64,000 nt of DNA from Patescibacteria group bacterium (GTDB lineage Bacteria; Patescibacteriota; Patescibacteriia; 2-12-FULL-60-25), in the NCBI GenBank assembly GCA_041650955.1, contig JBAZKG010000003.1, positions 42,766 to 106,765 of the forward strand. Reading direction: 5' to 3'. The first letter of the stretch is position 1. Each line of letters opens with the position of its first letter. A model generated the notes under the pieces. That model did no database searches. It was not told the DNA's origin and saw only the letters and a program-made list of their open reading frames with translations. Position numbers and translations under genes: made by a program. This document shows positions 51,310 through 60,304 of the stretch, one piece after another.

Positions 51310-51604
51310 AAATGAAATGCCGCCGGTATCCTACTTATTTCGGATACTCGGCGGCACGATAGGGTGTAGTTGGTTGCTCTTGCAAACGGGTCAGGGACAT
51401 GTCCCGTCTTTTGTCGTTTACGCGAGGCGTTTGACTACTATTGCGGGCCGAAGGGCGACGGTCACTTGGTATTTAGATTAAAGAGATTGCTTCTTCGCAT
51501 GCAGGATTTCCCTTTCTGCGTTGCTTGTTTTTCGACTTTTGGCCAAATCATTGGCCGACGGTACGGTACGAACCATCTGTCCTATACGTTCAGGACTTCA
51601 GGAT
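51310..51604 (-). ncRNA. Candidate ~295-nt non-coding (or micro-ORF) transcript of unknown class
   Basis: Near-consensus promoter TTGACA-17-TAGAGT (51611-51639), whose -35 box contains the sugar-transferase stop codon. Several local hairpins. Strong terminator TGCCGCCGAGTATCC..GGATACCGGCGGCA plus U-rich tail (51318-51356). Only a 31-codon ORF (MVRTVPSANDLAKSRKTSNAEREILHAKKQSL). Confidence 0.4.
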
Positions 51605-51610
51605 GGCGAG

Positions 51611-51639
51611 ACTCTAACAGAGAACGGCCAACTTGTCAA
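51611..51639 (-). promoter_or_regulatory. Sigma70-type promoter of the candidate transcript
   Basis: Minus strand reads TTGACA-17 nt-TAGAGT. Confidence 0.7.
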
Positions 51640-53057
51640 TAGGCGCCTCTTCGTGTCGCCACCACGAACGGCGTTTTTAATAAAATCCAGATATCGAGCC
51701 CGGGCGACCAGTGCTCGATATACCATGTGTCGAGTTTGACCTCGTCTTCGAAATCCAAATCCGCGCGGCCGGAAATTTGCGCCATGCCGGTGATGCCCGG
51801 CTTGATGCTTAACACTCGGCGATGATGCGGCTTGTAGAGTTTTACTTCTTCGGGCAGATGCGGTCGCGGACCGACCAAGCTGACATCGCCTTTCAAAACT
51901 AGAAACAGTTCCGGCAATTCGTCGAGTGACCACGCGCGCAGAAATCGTCCAACGGATGTGACGCGCGGATCACGTCGAATTTTCATAAGAGGTCCGGCGC
52001 GGTGGCTTCCATATTCTTTCATGAACGCCGGATCAAGATGGAGTTTATCTGCGCCGACTTTCATTGTCCGAAATTTAAAATAATTGAATGGGACGCCGTC
52101 TTCACCGATGCGTTGAAGCGGCGTTCCATCCGACCGTTTTGAGTAGAAGACAGGGCCTTTCGAAGTGAATTTGATGGCAAGCGCGATCAAAATCATCACA
52201 GGAGAAAGAAGGATAATCAAAATCAGCGAGACGATAAAATCAAACAGGCGTTTAAAAATACGCCCCCATCCTTCGAGCGGCGTGCGCTTGACTTCGATGA
52301 TCGGAATGCCGCCATTCGTCGTCACAGAGATATTCGTAAAGCTCGCGGCAAACAAATCAGCGAGATACTTGAATGTGACGTTTCGCGCTTCGGTGATTGC
52401 GATGAGTTCCACGGCGTCTTCTTTTGAAATCATCGGATCGGCAAGCAGGACTTCATCAATGGCCCGATCTTTCAGAAGTTTTTCCAGATCGGTTTTTGAC
52501 GCTTCATTCCACGAAGGAAAACGACGGGCGACCGTATAGCCGAGGACCGGATTGGATGCAAACAGATCTGCAAGAGCGATTGCGGCTTTACCTTTTCCGA
52601 TAATGGCAATTGTTCGATGGCCGAGGCGCGCGCGGAGAAGCGAGTGGCGGATGACGCGCAGAAGCAAGCGGACGATTTCCACGAACAGAATCGAGAGCGA
52701 CCAGAGCGCGAGAATGATAAAACGCGACGTCGTGAAATCGCGCTGAAAGAACACGGTCGCGATTAATATCATGACTCCAGCCGTACAGCTCACGATCACG
52801 CGGCCGAATTCTTCCCATGCGCGTCGTTCGCGTCGCTGATAAAGTCCGGCGATTGCAAAGATGCCCACGAAGATCGCAGAGAAAATAATGGACGTCGTTA
52901 GATACCTCGCGAACGGGATCGCAGTCAAAATCGGACGGATTTCAATAAATGCCGCGGAAAAACGAAGCGTGTATGCCGCGAGCGCGGCAAGCATAAGCGC
53001 GGCAAAATCAAGCGGAACTTGAAGCGCAAGGAAAGTGAGGTCAAAGCTTCGGCGCAT
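51636..53057 (-). CDS. Polyprenyl-phosphate sugar-1-phosphate transferase (WbaP/EpsL-type bacterial sugar transferase)
   Basis: 473 aa. N-terminal TM block plus C-terminal KRLFDFIVSLILIILLSPV...KFRTM...LDELPELFLVLKGDVSLVGPRP. Confidence 0.92.
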   Translation of the reverse strand: MRRSFDLTFLALQVPLDFAALMLAALAAYTLRFSAAFIEIRPILTAIPFARYLTTSIIFSAIFVGIFAIAGLYQRRERRAWEEFGRVIVSCTAGVMILIATVFFQRDFTTSRFIILALWSLSILFVEIVRLLLRVIRHSLLRARLGHRTIAIIGKGKAAIALADLFASNPVLGYTVARRFPSWNEASKTDLEKLLKDRAIDEVLLADPMISKEDAVELIAITEARNVTFKYLADLFAASFTNISVTTNGGIPIIEVKRTPLEGWGRIFKRLFDFIVSLILIILLSPVMILIALAIKFTSKGPVFYSKRSDGTPLQRIGEDGVPFNYFKFRTMKVGADKLHLDPAFMKEYGSHRAGPLMKIRRDPRVTSVGRFLRAWSLDELPELFLVLKGDVSLVGPRPHLPEEVKLYKPHHRRVLSIKPGITGMAQISGRADLDFEDEVKLDTWYIEHWSPGLDIWILLKTPFVVATRRGAY

Positions 53058-53089
53058 ACATTCAAGATACTATGATAGCACGTGATTGG

Positions 53090-53202
53090 GGTTCTACGAA
53101 TATACGAATGATACGAATCGGCGAATGACGTGCTACGAAAGCATTCGTAAATTCGTACCATTCGTAATTCGCTGATTCGTATCATTCGTATATTCGTAGA
53201 CC
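53090..53202. repeat. PPE, family H (long loop with extra TTCGTA units)
   Basis: GGTTCTACGAATATACGAATGATACGAATCGGCGAAT ... ATTCGCTGATTCGTATCATTCGTATATTCGTAGACC. Confidence 0.9.
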
Positions 53203-53235
53203 AAAAAATAAAAAACTCGACATCGCTGTCGAGTT
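53203..53235 (-). terminator. Intrinsic terminator of rnpB
   Basis: Minus strand reads AACTCGACA-GCGA-TGTCGAGTT followed by TTTTTATTTTTT. Confidence 0.85.
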
Positions 53236-53240
53236 GTTTG

Positions 53241-53701
53241 ATGCCAAGACCGAACGATAAGCCGAATTTTGTCCCCCGTCGTCCCCCCGTAGCTTTACGC
53301 GAAGGGGGGGTCTGGGAGGGCAATCATCTATCTGGGATGATCATTGCTGATCACCTCGTTGCGAGCGACCAGTCTCCCGACGTACGTCGGGATCTTGCTC
53401 TTGCACCGGAGAGGGCTTGCCGCGCTACGTTGTTACCAACGCATGAGAGATGTAACAGATGTCTTTCGACACCCATACCATCTCACTTTTCACTTTTCCC
53501 CCGATGGACATCGGGGTAGTATTGTCTCTGTGGCGCTTTCCCTGGGTTTATAGTGAACGTCGGGTACGTATCCTTTCGTTCTCTACCATATCCCGGCCGT
53601 CGTTAACGGCTCTCCATGAACCCCGATGGACATCGGGGAACGGTGTTCGGACTTTCCTCCCCGATGGACATCGGGGCGATTGCCTGTTCGACCTTGGCTT
53701 C
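53241..53701 (-). ncRNA. rnpB: RNase P RNA, bacterial type A (~460 nt)
   Basis: Minus strand starts GAAGCCAAGGTCGAACAGGCAATCGCC...GAGGAAAGTCCGAACAC (P1-P4) and contains GCCACAGAGACAA, GAAAAGTGAAAAGTG and GGTAACAACG...GGTGCAAGAGCAAG. It ends ...GACAAAATTCGGCTTATCGTTCGGTCTTGGC, which pairs back to the 5' end. Compare E. coli GAGGAAAGUCCGGGCUCC and ACAGAACCCGGCUUAUCGGUCAG. Confidence 0.92.
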
Positions 53702-53704
53702 GCG

Positions 53705-53733
53705 ATTGTAATGTATGTTTGGCAGAATGTCAA
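53705..53733 (-). promoter_or_regulatory. Sigma70-type promoter of rnpB
   Basis: Minus strand reads TTGACA-17 nt-TACAAT, with the mature 5' end GAAGCC 4 nt downstream of the -10 box. Confidence 0.8.
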
Positions 53734-53743
53734 GGATTGAAGA

Positions 53744-53836
53744 AAGTCAATAAGTCAACGAGTCGATAAGTCAACAAGTGCACTGACTGACGGTTTGAGA
53801 ACTCGTTGACTTGTTGACTATTTGACTTGTTGACTT
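53744..53836. repeat. PPE, family B variant (AGTCAACA units)
   Basis: AAGTCAATAAGTCAACGAGTCGATAAGTCAACAAGT ... ACTCGTTGACTTGTTGACTATTTGACTTGTTGACTT. Confidence 0.9.
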
Positions 53837-53918
53837 GTGTTTGAAAGGCTTGATCTCTTTCAAGAATCTTGATACAACCTGTACCTGACGGTTTTCACAT
53901 ATTCAAGGAGGTGCCGTC

Positions 53919-54341
53919 ATGATGAGTTTGAACATTACAACTCTTATTGCCTTTGCGTGCGTGGCGCTCTCTGCCGTGATTGGCCTCATGTTCGCAATTG
54001 CCACAACGTATCATGCGAATCATACGAGTCATGCAACAAATTACTTCACATGCACAGATCCATACATGTCAGTTGTGCATTGGAGTGTCTGTACAGGGAT
54101 CGTTGGCATGTTTTCCACGGCTGTCTGTCAGTTTGCCATTGCGGTTCGAAGCTTCCATACCGTCCCGTTAATACGCGAGGAAGAATTCGTGCTTATCGTG
54201 CGTAACGAACAGGGAGTTTTTCAGTGGATTATGTTGGTTGTAGCGTTTTCCCTTCTCAACTTTGTGATCGTAAAAGCAATATCTGCTCCAAAAAAGTGCA
54301 GGCAGATGCATCTCGTCCAGTCTTCGCGCAGTTCCACTTGA
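53919..54341 (+). CDS. Hypothetical membrane protein
   Basis: 140 aa, SD CAAGGAGGTGCCGTC-ATG, 4 TM helices. Confidence 0.65.
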   Translation: MMSLNITTLIAFACVALSAVIGLMFAIATTYHANHTSHATNYFTCTDPYMSVVHWSVCTGIVGMFSTAVCQFAIAVRSFHTVPLIREEEFVLIVRNEQGVFQWIMLVVAFSLLNFVIVKAISAPKKCRQMHLVQSSRSST

Positions 54342-54378
54342 TACAAAGAAGAAATCAACGACGTTCTTTCTCGAAATC

Positions 54379-54411
54379 AAAAAGCCAGTCCGCATTCGCA
54401 GGCTGGCTTTT
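54379..54411. terminator. Bidirectional terminator between convergent genes
   Basis: AAAAAGCCAG..CTGGCTTTT hairpin. Confidence 0.8.
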
Positions 54412-54424
54412 ATGAACCGATATT

Positions 54425-55222
54425 CTATTTTTTATTTTCTAATGTCGCGACATGTTTCGCCGCCCCTTCCGCATACATCTTATGAATTTCTTTGCTCGTG
54501 AGTGAGCGGTTAAAAATGCGAACGTCGTTCATATACCCATTGAAGGAAAACGGTCCGCCTCCGCCGTAGTTTCCTAACCGGATGGTTGCGGTTGGAGCCA
54601 CAGCCGTAACAACCTGCTTCTTATCCAGACTCCCATCGACATACAAGTATTCCGTTGTTCCGTCATACGCGACAGCGAGGAAATACCACTTCCCCATTAC
54701 AGGAGAAGCATTGCTGACGATGCAATTTCCCGAGGCATTCGTACAGGCAGCAAAATGGCCGGCATTCACGGATACATAATTGTTATTTACTCCTTCATCA
54801 AATATATATTGATTGCCGCTTACGGTTCCATTGATATATACCCATAAGGTTTTTGAATGTTGAAGGTTGATTGTCGGTATCGTGTCAGATAAAAAATTCA
54901 AGTCTCCTCCTGGAAAATTCAGAGAACAGCCCTGGCCATTCGGGCTCGAAGCAATAAAAGTGATGGCCGTGCTTCCAAACGTTAAATTATTATTATATCC
55001 GCTTGAATCATTCGCCGTTGTTCCATTGCATTCGTCAAAATCCCAACGGGCAATCAGATCGTCTCCAACAGATCGAAGAATCTGCGCAGAATGCGCCGAT
55101 CCTTTTGCCAGACGTGCTTTTTCGCGTGCGCCGTTTAGCTGGACGACTCCAAGCGTTGCCAACAACCCGATGATCGCAATAACGACAAGGAGCTCGATGA
55201 GGGTAAAGCCTCGTGGTTTCAT
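54425..55222 (-). CDS. Type IV pilin-like protein fused to a LamG/concanavalin-like domain (paralog 1)
   Basis: ATG 55222. Prepilin signal MKPRGFTLIELLVVIAIIGLLAT, and a C-terminal NDVRIFNRSLTSKEIHKMYAEG typical of LamG-type laminin-G domains. The track start reads through a PPE. Confidence 0.85.
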   Translation of the reverse strand: MKPRGFTLIELLVVIAIIGLLATLGVVQLNGAREKARLAKGSAHSAQILRSVGDDLIARWDFDECNGTTANDSSGYNNNLTFGSTAITFIASSPNGQGCSLNFPGGDLNFLSDTIPTINLQHSKTLWVYINGTVSGNQYIFDEGVNNNYVSVNAGHFAACTNASGNCIVSNASPVMGKWYFLAVAYDGTTEYLYVDGSLDKKQVVTAVAPTATIRLGNYGGGGPFSFNGYMNDVRIFNRSLTSKEIHKMYAEGAAKHVATLENKK

Positions 55223-55247
55223 ATTAATAGGGAGTATATCAAGAAAA

Positions 55248-55304
55248 GAAGCGAGAAGCGAGCACGAGAAGATGATCTTCTCGTGCTCGCTTCTCGCTTC
55301 TCGC
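55248..55304. repeat. PPE, family L
   Basis: GAAGCGAGAAGCGAGCACGAGAAGA / TGA / TCTTCTCGTGCTCGCTTCTCGCTTCTCGC, between the two pilin genes. Confidence 0.9.
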
Positions 55305-55309
55305 ATCTA

Positions 55310-56083
55310 TTATCTTTGAGCGACATGCCTTGCCACCCCTTCCGCGTACATTCGGTGGACTTCCTCGCTTGTGAGCGAGCGGTTATAAATACGCAAATCG
55401 TTGATATTGCCATTGACGCGTTGACCGCCGCTGCCGGAATTTCCGATCGTCACGGACGTTGTTGGATTTACTGAAGCTGCTGTCGCGCTTTTATCTAAGC
55501 TACCGTCGATATACAAAGATAATCTTGATCCGTCATAAGTTGTAGCAACGAAATACCACTTATTCGTCACTGGCTGTAGGAAACTATCAAAATAATACGT
55601 AGTATTTAGTCCTACTCGGATATGTCCGAGATACACTTGAACGAAATGATTAATTACCCCCTCATCCAAGAATGTTTGCGGTCCCGCAACCGGTCCAATG
55701 ATATATATCCACATTGTTTGCGTCTGCTGAGCACTCCACGAGGGTACGGTGGCCGTGACCTGATTCGTCCCGTCAAACGTCAGTGAACATCCTTGTCCGT
55801 TTGGCGAAATTGCTGTTTCCGTCACTCCGCTCCCAAGCGTAAGATTATTTCCATATCCGCTTGAATCAATCGCGGGACCGGCTGTCACGCATTCGTCAAA
55901 ATCCCAACGCGCGACAAGATCATCTCCGACGCTGCGGAGGATTTGTCCGGACTGCGCCAATCCTTTTGATACTCTTGCTTTGTCTCTTGCACTCGAAAGC
56001 TGCACGAGCGCGAATGTTGCCAGGAGTCCGATGATCGCAATGACGACGAGAAGTTCGATGAGGGTAAAGCCGCGGGGTTTCAT
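55310..56083 (-). CDS. Type IV pilin-like protein fused to a LamG/concanavalin-like domain (paralog 2)
   Basis: MKPRGFTLIELLVVIAIIGLLAT ... NDLRIYNRSLTSEEVHRMYAEG. TATACT lies 6 nt upstream of the ATG with no SD, so the mRNA is possibly leaderless. Confidence 0.85.
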   Translation of the reverse strand: MKPRGFTLIELLVVIAIIGLLATFALVQLSSARDKARVSKGLAQSGQILRSVGDDLVARWDFDECVTAGPAIDSSGYGNNLTLGSGVTETAISPNGQGCSLTFDGTNQVTATVPSWSAQQTQTMWIYIIGPVAGPQTFLDEGVINHFVQVYLGHIRVGLNTTYYFDSFLQPVTNKWYFVATTYDGSRLSLYIDGSLDKSATAASVNPTTSVTIGNSGSGGQRVNGNINDLRIYNRSLTSEEVHRMYAEGVARHVAQR

Positions 56084-56103
56084 GGAGAGAGTATAGCAAA
56101 ATC

Positions 56104-56171
56104 AGTAGCTGGTAGCTAGTAGCTGGGGCTATTTGGAAGTTTTTTCTTCCAAGCTTCCAGCTACTATCTAC
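56104..56171. repeat. PPE, family E (imperfect)
   Basis: AGTAGCTGGTAGCTAGTAGCTGGGG ... CCAAGCTTCCAGCTACTATCTAC. Confidence 0.8.
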
Positions 56172-56210
56172 GATCTGCTTCCCCGTGCTACAATCCTACA
56201 GGTTTATTGT

Positions 56211-58223
56211 ATGAAAAAGCTCCTCGTTTTTCTTATCCTCATTCTTGCGATACTGGCAGGAGGTGGATATTGGTTCTGGTCGCTCGGGCGCATTCCGGCT
56301 GAAGTTCCCCGAACCGCAGCATTGAACATCGAATCCCAGGGCGTGCAGATTCGAAGAACGCGCGATGCGGGCTGGGAACAGGCAAATAGCGGAATGCAAA
56401 TCTATGAAGGATGGTCGGTCAAAACGGATGAAAACGGGCGGGCAACGATTCGTTTTTATGATCAGGGCGAAACGCGCCTGTCGCAGAACACGGAGATTGT
56501 CGTTGACAAAGCGTCATTTGAAATGAGTGGAGCCGGACGCATGATTGTTTCCGTTAAATTGCAAACCGGACGCGTCTGGAGCCGAATATTGAAACTTCTT
56601 GATATCGGAAGCTCGTATGACGTCCGCACGACCAATATTGTAGCGACGGTTCGAGGAACGTCGTTTGATCTTTCAAAGAACGCAGACGGATCATCGGACA
56701 TCCTTGTCGGAGAGTCGGCCGTAACGGTTGCGAATCTCGGAGGAAAAACCGTGACATCGGTCGCCGAAGGAATTGTGGCAAGTTTTAACGCTTCTGGCGC
56801 GCTCGTCCATCAAGAGTTCGCATCAAGCGCCACCCAAAATCAATGGATCATGAGCAACGAACTTGCGGATTCGGCATTCGTCGATACGGAGAAAAAAATC
56901 CAGCGCGACCAATTGCAGGCGCTTGGCGGTCCGGGCCCTGACAGCAATCTCTATGCCATAACCCAGTTGTCCGAACGCGTTCATCTGGCGCTTGCAAAGG
57001 GAGCGGAAAAAGATGCGCTTGCGGAACAGTACGCCGCGCGAAAGATTTTTCATCTCATCGAACTCGTTGAATCCGGAAAAACGGGTCTGGCGGCGCAGGA
57101 ATTTTCCAAACTTGATGCATCCGTCAAAGCGTTGCCGACAGGCTCGGCGGGGGAAGCTGAACGCGTGCATCTTGCGAACGCGTTATCGCGAATACATTTC
57201 CTTGTTCAAGACGCGAATCCATCCGATGCCATGTATCCGTTCAAACAGCGCGTTGAAAATCTTGTGAGCGAGCTTGCCGCCTCGGATCCAGCCTCATCTT
57301 TCTATGTGCGCATGCTCGCCTTCGATGCGCGTCTTGATGAAGCGTCGAATGCCATCACGAATCGGTCATTCGACGAAGCGCGCATCGGCTTAGATGGCGT
57401 CCGGGACGGAATCGAGAATATCCGCCGCGAGTCCGCTCCGATTTTTCCATCATTGCCTGAAGAACGCCGAAGCGCGCTGGAAGACAAGCTCGCGGCGCTT
57501 GATGCGCGCACGGTTATGATGCGCATGCGGCTTGATCTTGCCATGCGCGAGCCGCAGGGAGGTTCGAGCACGTCGACCATGCCGGGCATTACGAATCCGC
57601 CGGACGGCGCGCTCACGCCTGATGCGCCGAATGCATCCAGTTCCGCGCTGTCGGGCTTTTCGAATGCGCAGACAGGCAATACGCCCGCATTTACGTCGAT
57701 CGAAATATCGCTCGCATCGCATACGCTTGATATTGGGAAATTGGTTTCCATCAAAGCAAAAGGCATTTTAGCCGATGGGACAAAAACCGATATCACGAAT
57801 CTCACGCAATTCGCCATCGACCATCCGGATATTGCGGTCGTGAACGGACCGACGGTCAAAGGATTGCGCATCGGGAACGGCGTGATCACGGCAACGTATA
57901 ATGACGGAGGAACGCAGAGAACAGCGACGTCGAATGTTGTGGTGCAGGGAAAAATCGTTCCGGTTGAACTCATTCTTAAATCCATGTCCGGATCGACGAT
58001 CGCAACGTCGACAACCTCTTTGCTCTCCGCAACCTTGAGATATAACACGGATGAATTAAAGAATGTGACGGCGAATACGAATTTCACTATCGTCGAAGGG
58101 GGAGGATCCATTTCGAATGGGGCGTTCACGGCATCAAACGAACCGGGAGCCACCTCCATCACCGGTTCAACGGTTGAAAACGGCGTCACGATTATCGGAA
58201 CAATGAAAATCATCGTTAAGTAG
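56211..58223 (+). CDS. Membrane-anchored FecR-domain protein with C-terminal bacterial Ig-like (Big_2) domains
   Basis: ATG 56211 (MKKLLVFLILILAILAGGGYWFW). FecR-like RATIRFYDQGETRLSQNTEIVV. Big_2-like LADGTKTDITNLTQFAIDHPDIAVVNGPTVKGLRIGNGVITATY. Confidence 0.8.
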   Translation: MKKLLVFLILILAILAGGGYWFWSLGRIPAEVPRTAALNIESQGVQIRRTRDAGWEQANSGMQIYEGWSVKTDENGRATIRFYDQGETRLSQNTEIVVDKASFEMSGAGRMIVSVKLQTGRVWSRILKLLDIGSSYDVRTTNIVATVRGTSFDLSKNADGSSDILVGESAVTVANLGGKTVTSVAEGIVASFNASGALVHQEFASSATQNQWIMSNELADSAFVDTEKKIQRDQLQALGGPGPDSNLYAITQLSERVHLALAKGAEKDALAEQYAARKIFHLIELVESGKTGLAAQEFSKLDASVKALPTGSAGEAERVHLANALSRIHFLVQDANPSDAMYPFKQRVENLVSELAASDPASSFYVRMLAFDARLDEASNAITNRSFDEARIGLDGVRDGIENIRRESAPIFPSLPEERRSALEDKLAALDARTVMMRMRLDLAMREPQGGSSTSTMPGITNPPDGALTPDAPNASSSALSGFSNAQTGNTPAFTSIEISLASHTLDIGKLVSIKAKGILADGTKTDITNLTQFAIDHPDIAVVNGPTVKGLRIGNGVITATYNDGGTQRTATSNVVVQGKIVPVELILKSMSGSTIATSTTSLLSATLRYNTDELKNVTANTNFTIVEGGGSISNGAFTASNEPGATSITGSTVENGVTIIGTMKIIVK

Positions 58224-58309
58224 CTAGGAGCTAGTAGCTAGTAGCTGGGGTGGATGAAGGGATTTCTTATATTTATCTTCCCAGCTACCAGCTACTAGCT
58301 CCTAGCTAC
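58221..58309. repeat. PPE, family E
   Basis: GTAGCTAGGAGCTAGTAGCTAGTAGCTGGGG ... CCCAGCTACCAGCTACTAGCTCCTAGCTAC. Its first TAG is the stop codon of the FecR-like gene. Confidence 0.9.
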
Positions 58310-58315
58310 CTCTTC

Positions 58316-60304
58316 ATGAAGCCATTCCAGTCCAAACACCTCCCAACCATCATCGGAGCGGCGATCGGACTGCTCTGCGCTCTTTTCTGGTCTCTTGGCG
58401 TATTTCAAACGCTCACGGCACGGGCTGGAGATCAATTATTTACCTCGCGCCATCCGAATCCGCATATCGTGATCATCGCGATTGACGATGCGTCGATTTC
58501 ATCCGTAGGACGCTGGCCTTGGGATCGGTCCGTGCATGCAAAATTGATTCGCTCCCTGTCCAAAGCAGGCGCGCGGCTGATCGCGTATGATGTGAACATT
58601 TCGGAACCGCAAGACGGAAAACAGGATGCGGATCTTGCTTCCGCAGTTGCACAGGCGGGGAATGTTCTTCTTCCCGTTGAGCTCGATCTGCAGAAAACAT
58701 TCGGGACATACGCCTACGATCCGGATCATGTGATTGCGCCCATCGCATCGCTTGCGGCCGCAGTCGAGGGGACCGGATTTTCAAACATGATGCCGGATTC
58801 GGACGGCGTGGTCCGCCGCATTGCATTATCCGCAAAGAATGCGCGGGGATCGGATGTTGTTTTTTCATTCGGCTATGAAGCGGCGCGAGCATCGGATCCA
58901 TCGCTCGCAACCGAACGCGTTCCGCTGGATGCGCAAAACCAGCTCATTATTTCTTTCCCCGGAAAACCGTCAGCTTCATTCCCGATGATTTCCGCCGAAG
59001 ACGTGCTGGCGGAAAACATGCAGACGAATTCGCTCCGCGATGCGATTGTTTTTGTCGGAAGCACGGCATCGGATTTGCATGACGAGCAGTTCGTTCCGAC
59101 ATCGCAGGGAGTCCCGATGTCCGGCGTGGAAATCCATGCGTCGATCGCCGATACGCTCGTACAGCGCGCATGGCTCCGTCCCGTTCCCAAGTTGATCAGC
59201 GCCATCATTATTATTCTGTTCGCCGCGCTGGTCGGTTTTGCCGTTGGAAAATGGAAAGGGCGATTCAGCGCCCTCTTTGCCGTTCTTCTTTGGGGGTCGT
59301 CTCTTCTTGCGGCAATTCTTCTGTTTGATCAGGGCATCATGTTCGATATTGTGTGGCCGACCATCGCAATCGTTCTTGCCTACGCGGGAGCGACGGCCGA
59401 ACGGCGCATTGCCGCCGAACTGGAACGGCGGTCCGTTGAACGGTTATTCTCGCGCTACGTGAGCCCGAAAGTCGTTGAAGCGATCGTGAAAGATCCAAAC
59501 AGCATTTCGCTCGTCGGCGAACGGCGAAACATGAGCGTTCTCTTTTCCGACATTCGCGGATTTACGTCGCTCACGGAACGGCTACAGCCGGAAGCGCTTG
59601 TTCGCATGCTGAATGCCTATTTTGATGCAATGACGCATGTCGTCTTTGATCACCAAGGCGTGCTGGACAAATATATCGGCGACGCGGTCATGGCATTTTG
59701 GAATGCGCCGTTTCATCAGGACGATCACGCTGTCCTTGCCGTGTCATGCGCCTTGCGCATGAAAGAGATTTTGCGCGACATGAATGAATCCGGCCTTCTC
59801 GGCAAATCGGCATGGCGCATCGGCATCGGCGTGAGCACCGGGGACATGATTGTCGGCAACATCGGCGGAGGCGCGCATACGGACTATACGGTGATCGGCG
59901 ATGCTGTGAATATTGCCAGCCGACTCGAAGAACTGACGAAAGAATACCGCGTGGGAATTCTGATTTCCGAGCCGACGGCAAAAGCCGTGAGCGAAACGAT
60001 TTTGACGCGCCGCCTTTCGCGCGTTCGCGTATTCGGCAAGCACATTTCCGTGAATATGTACGAAGCCGTCGCACACCTCGGTCAGGCGACGGAAAAACAA
60101 TTGTCTCTGCGCGAAACATACGAGCGCGCGCTCGAAGCATACGAAGCGCGGTCATTTGACTCGGCGATAAAAATCCTTCAAGCTCTTTTAGTTGATGTTC
60201 CTGATGACCAGCCATCGCATATCCTTTTGGAACGCGCGAAAAATTTCCTCACCTCCCCTCCGCCGGAAGATTGGGACGGGACGTGGATTTACACGAAGAA
60301 GTAG
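58316..60304 (+). CDS. CHASE2-domain class III adenylate/guanylate cyclase
   Basis: ATG 58316. CHASE2 (WPWDRSVHAKLIRSLSKAGARLIAYDV), 3 TM helices, cyclase core VLFSDIRGFTSL..GDAVMAFWNAP..RIGIGVSTGDMIVGNIG..YTVIGDAVNIASRLE. Confidence 0.9.
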   Translation: MKPFQSKHLPTIIGAAIGLLCALFWSLGVFQTLTARAGDQLFTSRHPNPHIVIIAIDDASISSVGRWPWDRSVHAKLIRSLSKAGARLIAYDVNISEPQDGKQDADLASAVAQAGNVLLPVELDLQKTFGTYAYDPDHVIAPIASLAAAVEGTGFSNMMPDSDGVVRRIALSAKNARGSDVVFSFGYEAARASDPSLATERVPLDAQNQLIISFPGKPSASFPMISAEDVLAENMQTNSLRDAIVFVGSTASDLHDEQFVPTSQGVPMSGVEIHASIADTLVQRAWLRPVPKLISAIIIILFAALVGFAVGKWKGRFSALFAVLLWGSSLLAAILLFDQGIMFDIVWPTIAIVLAYAGATAERRIAAELERRSVERLFSRYVSPKVVEAIVKDPNSISLVGERRNMSVLFSDIRGFTSLTERLQPEALVRMLNAYFDAMTHVVFDHQGVLDKYIGDAVMAFWNAPFHQDDHAVLAVSCALRMKEILRDMNESGLLGKSAWRIGIGVSTGDMIVGNIGGGAHTDYTVIGDAVNIASRLEELTKEYRVGILISEPTAKAVSETILTRRLSRVRVFGKHISVNMYEAVAHLGQATEKQLSLRETYERALEAYEARSFDSAIKILQALLVDVPDDQPSHILLERAKNFLTSPPPEDWDGTWIYTKK

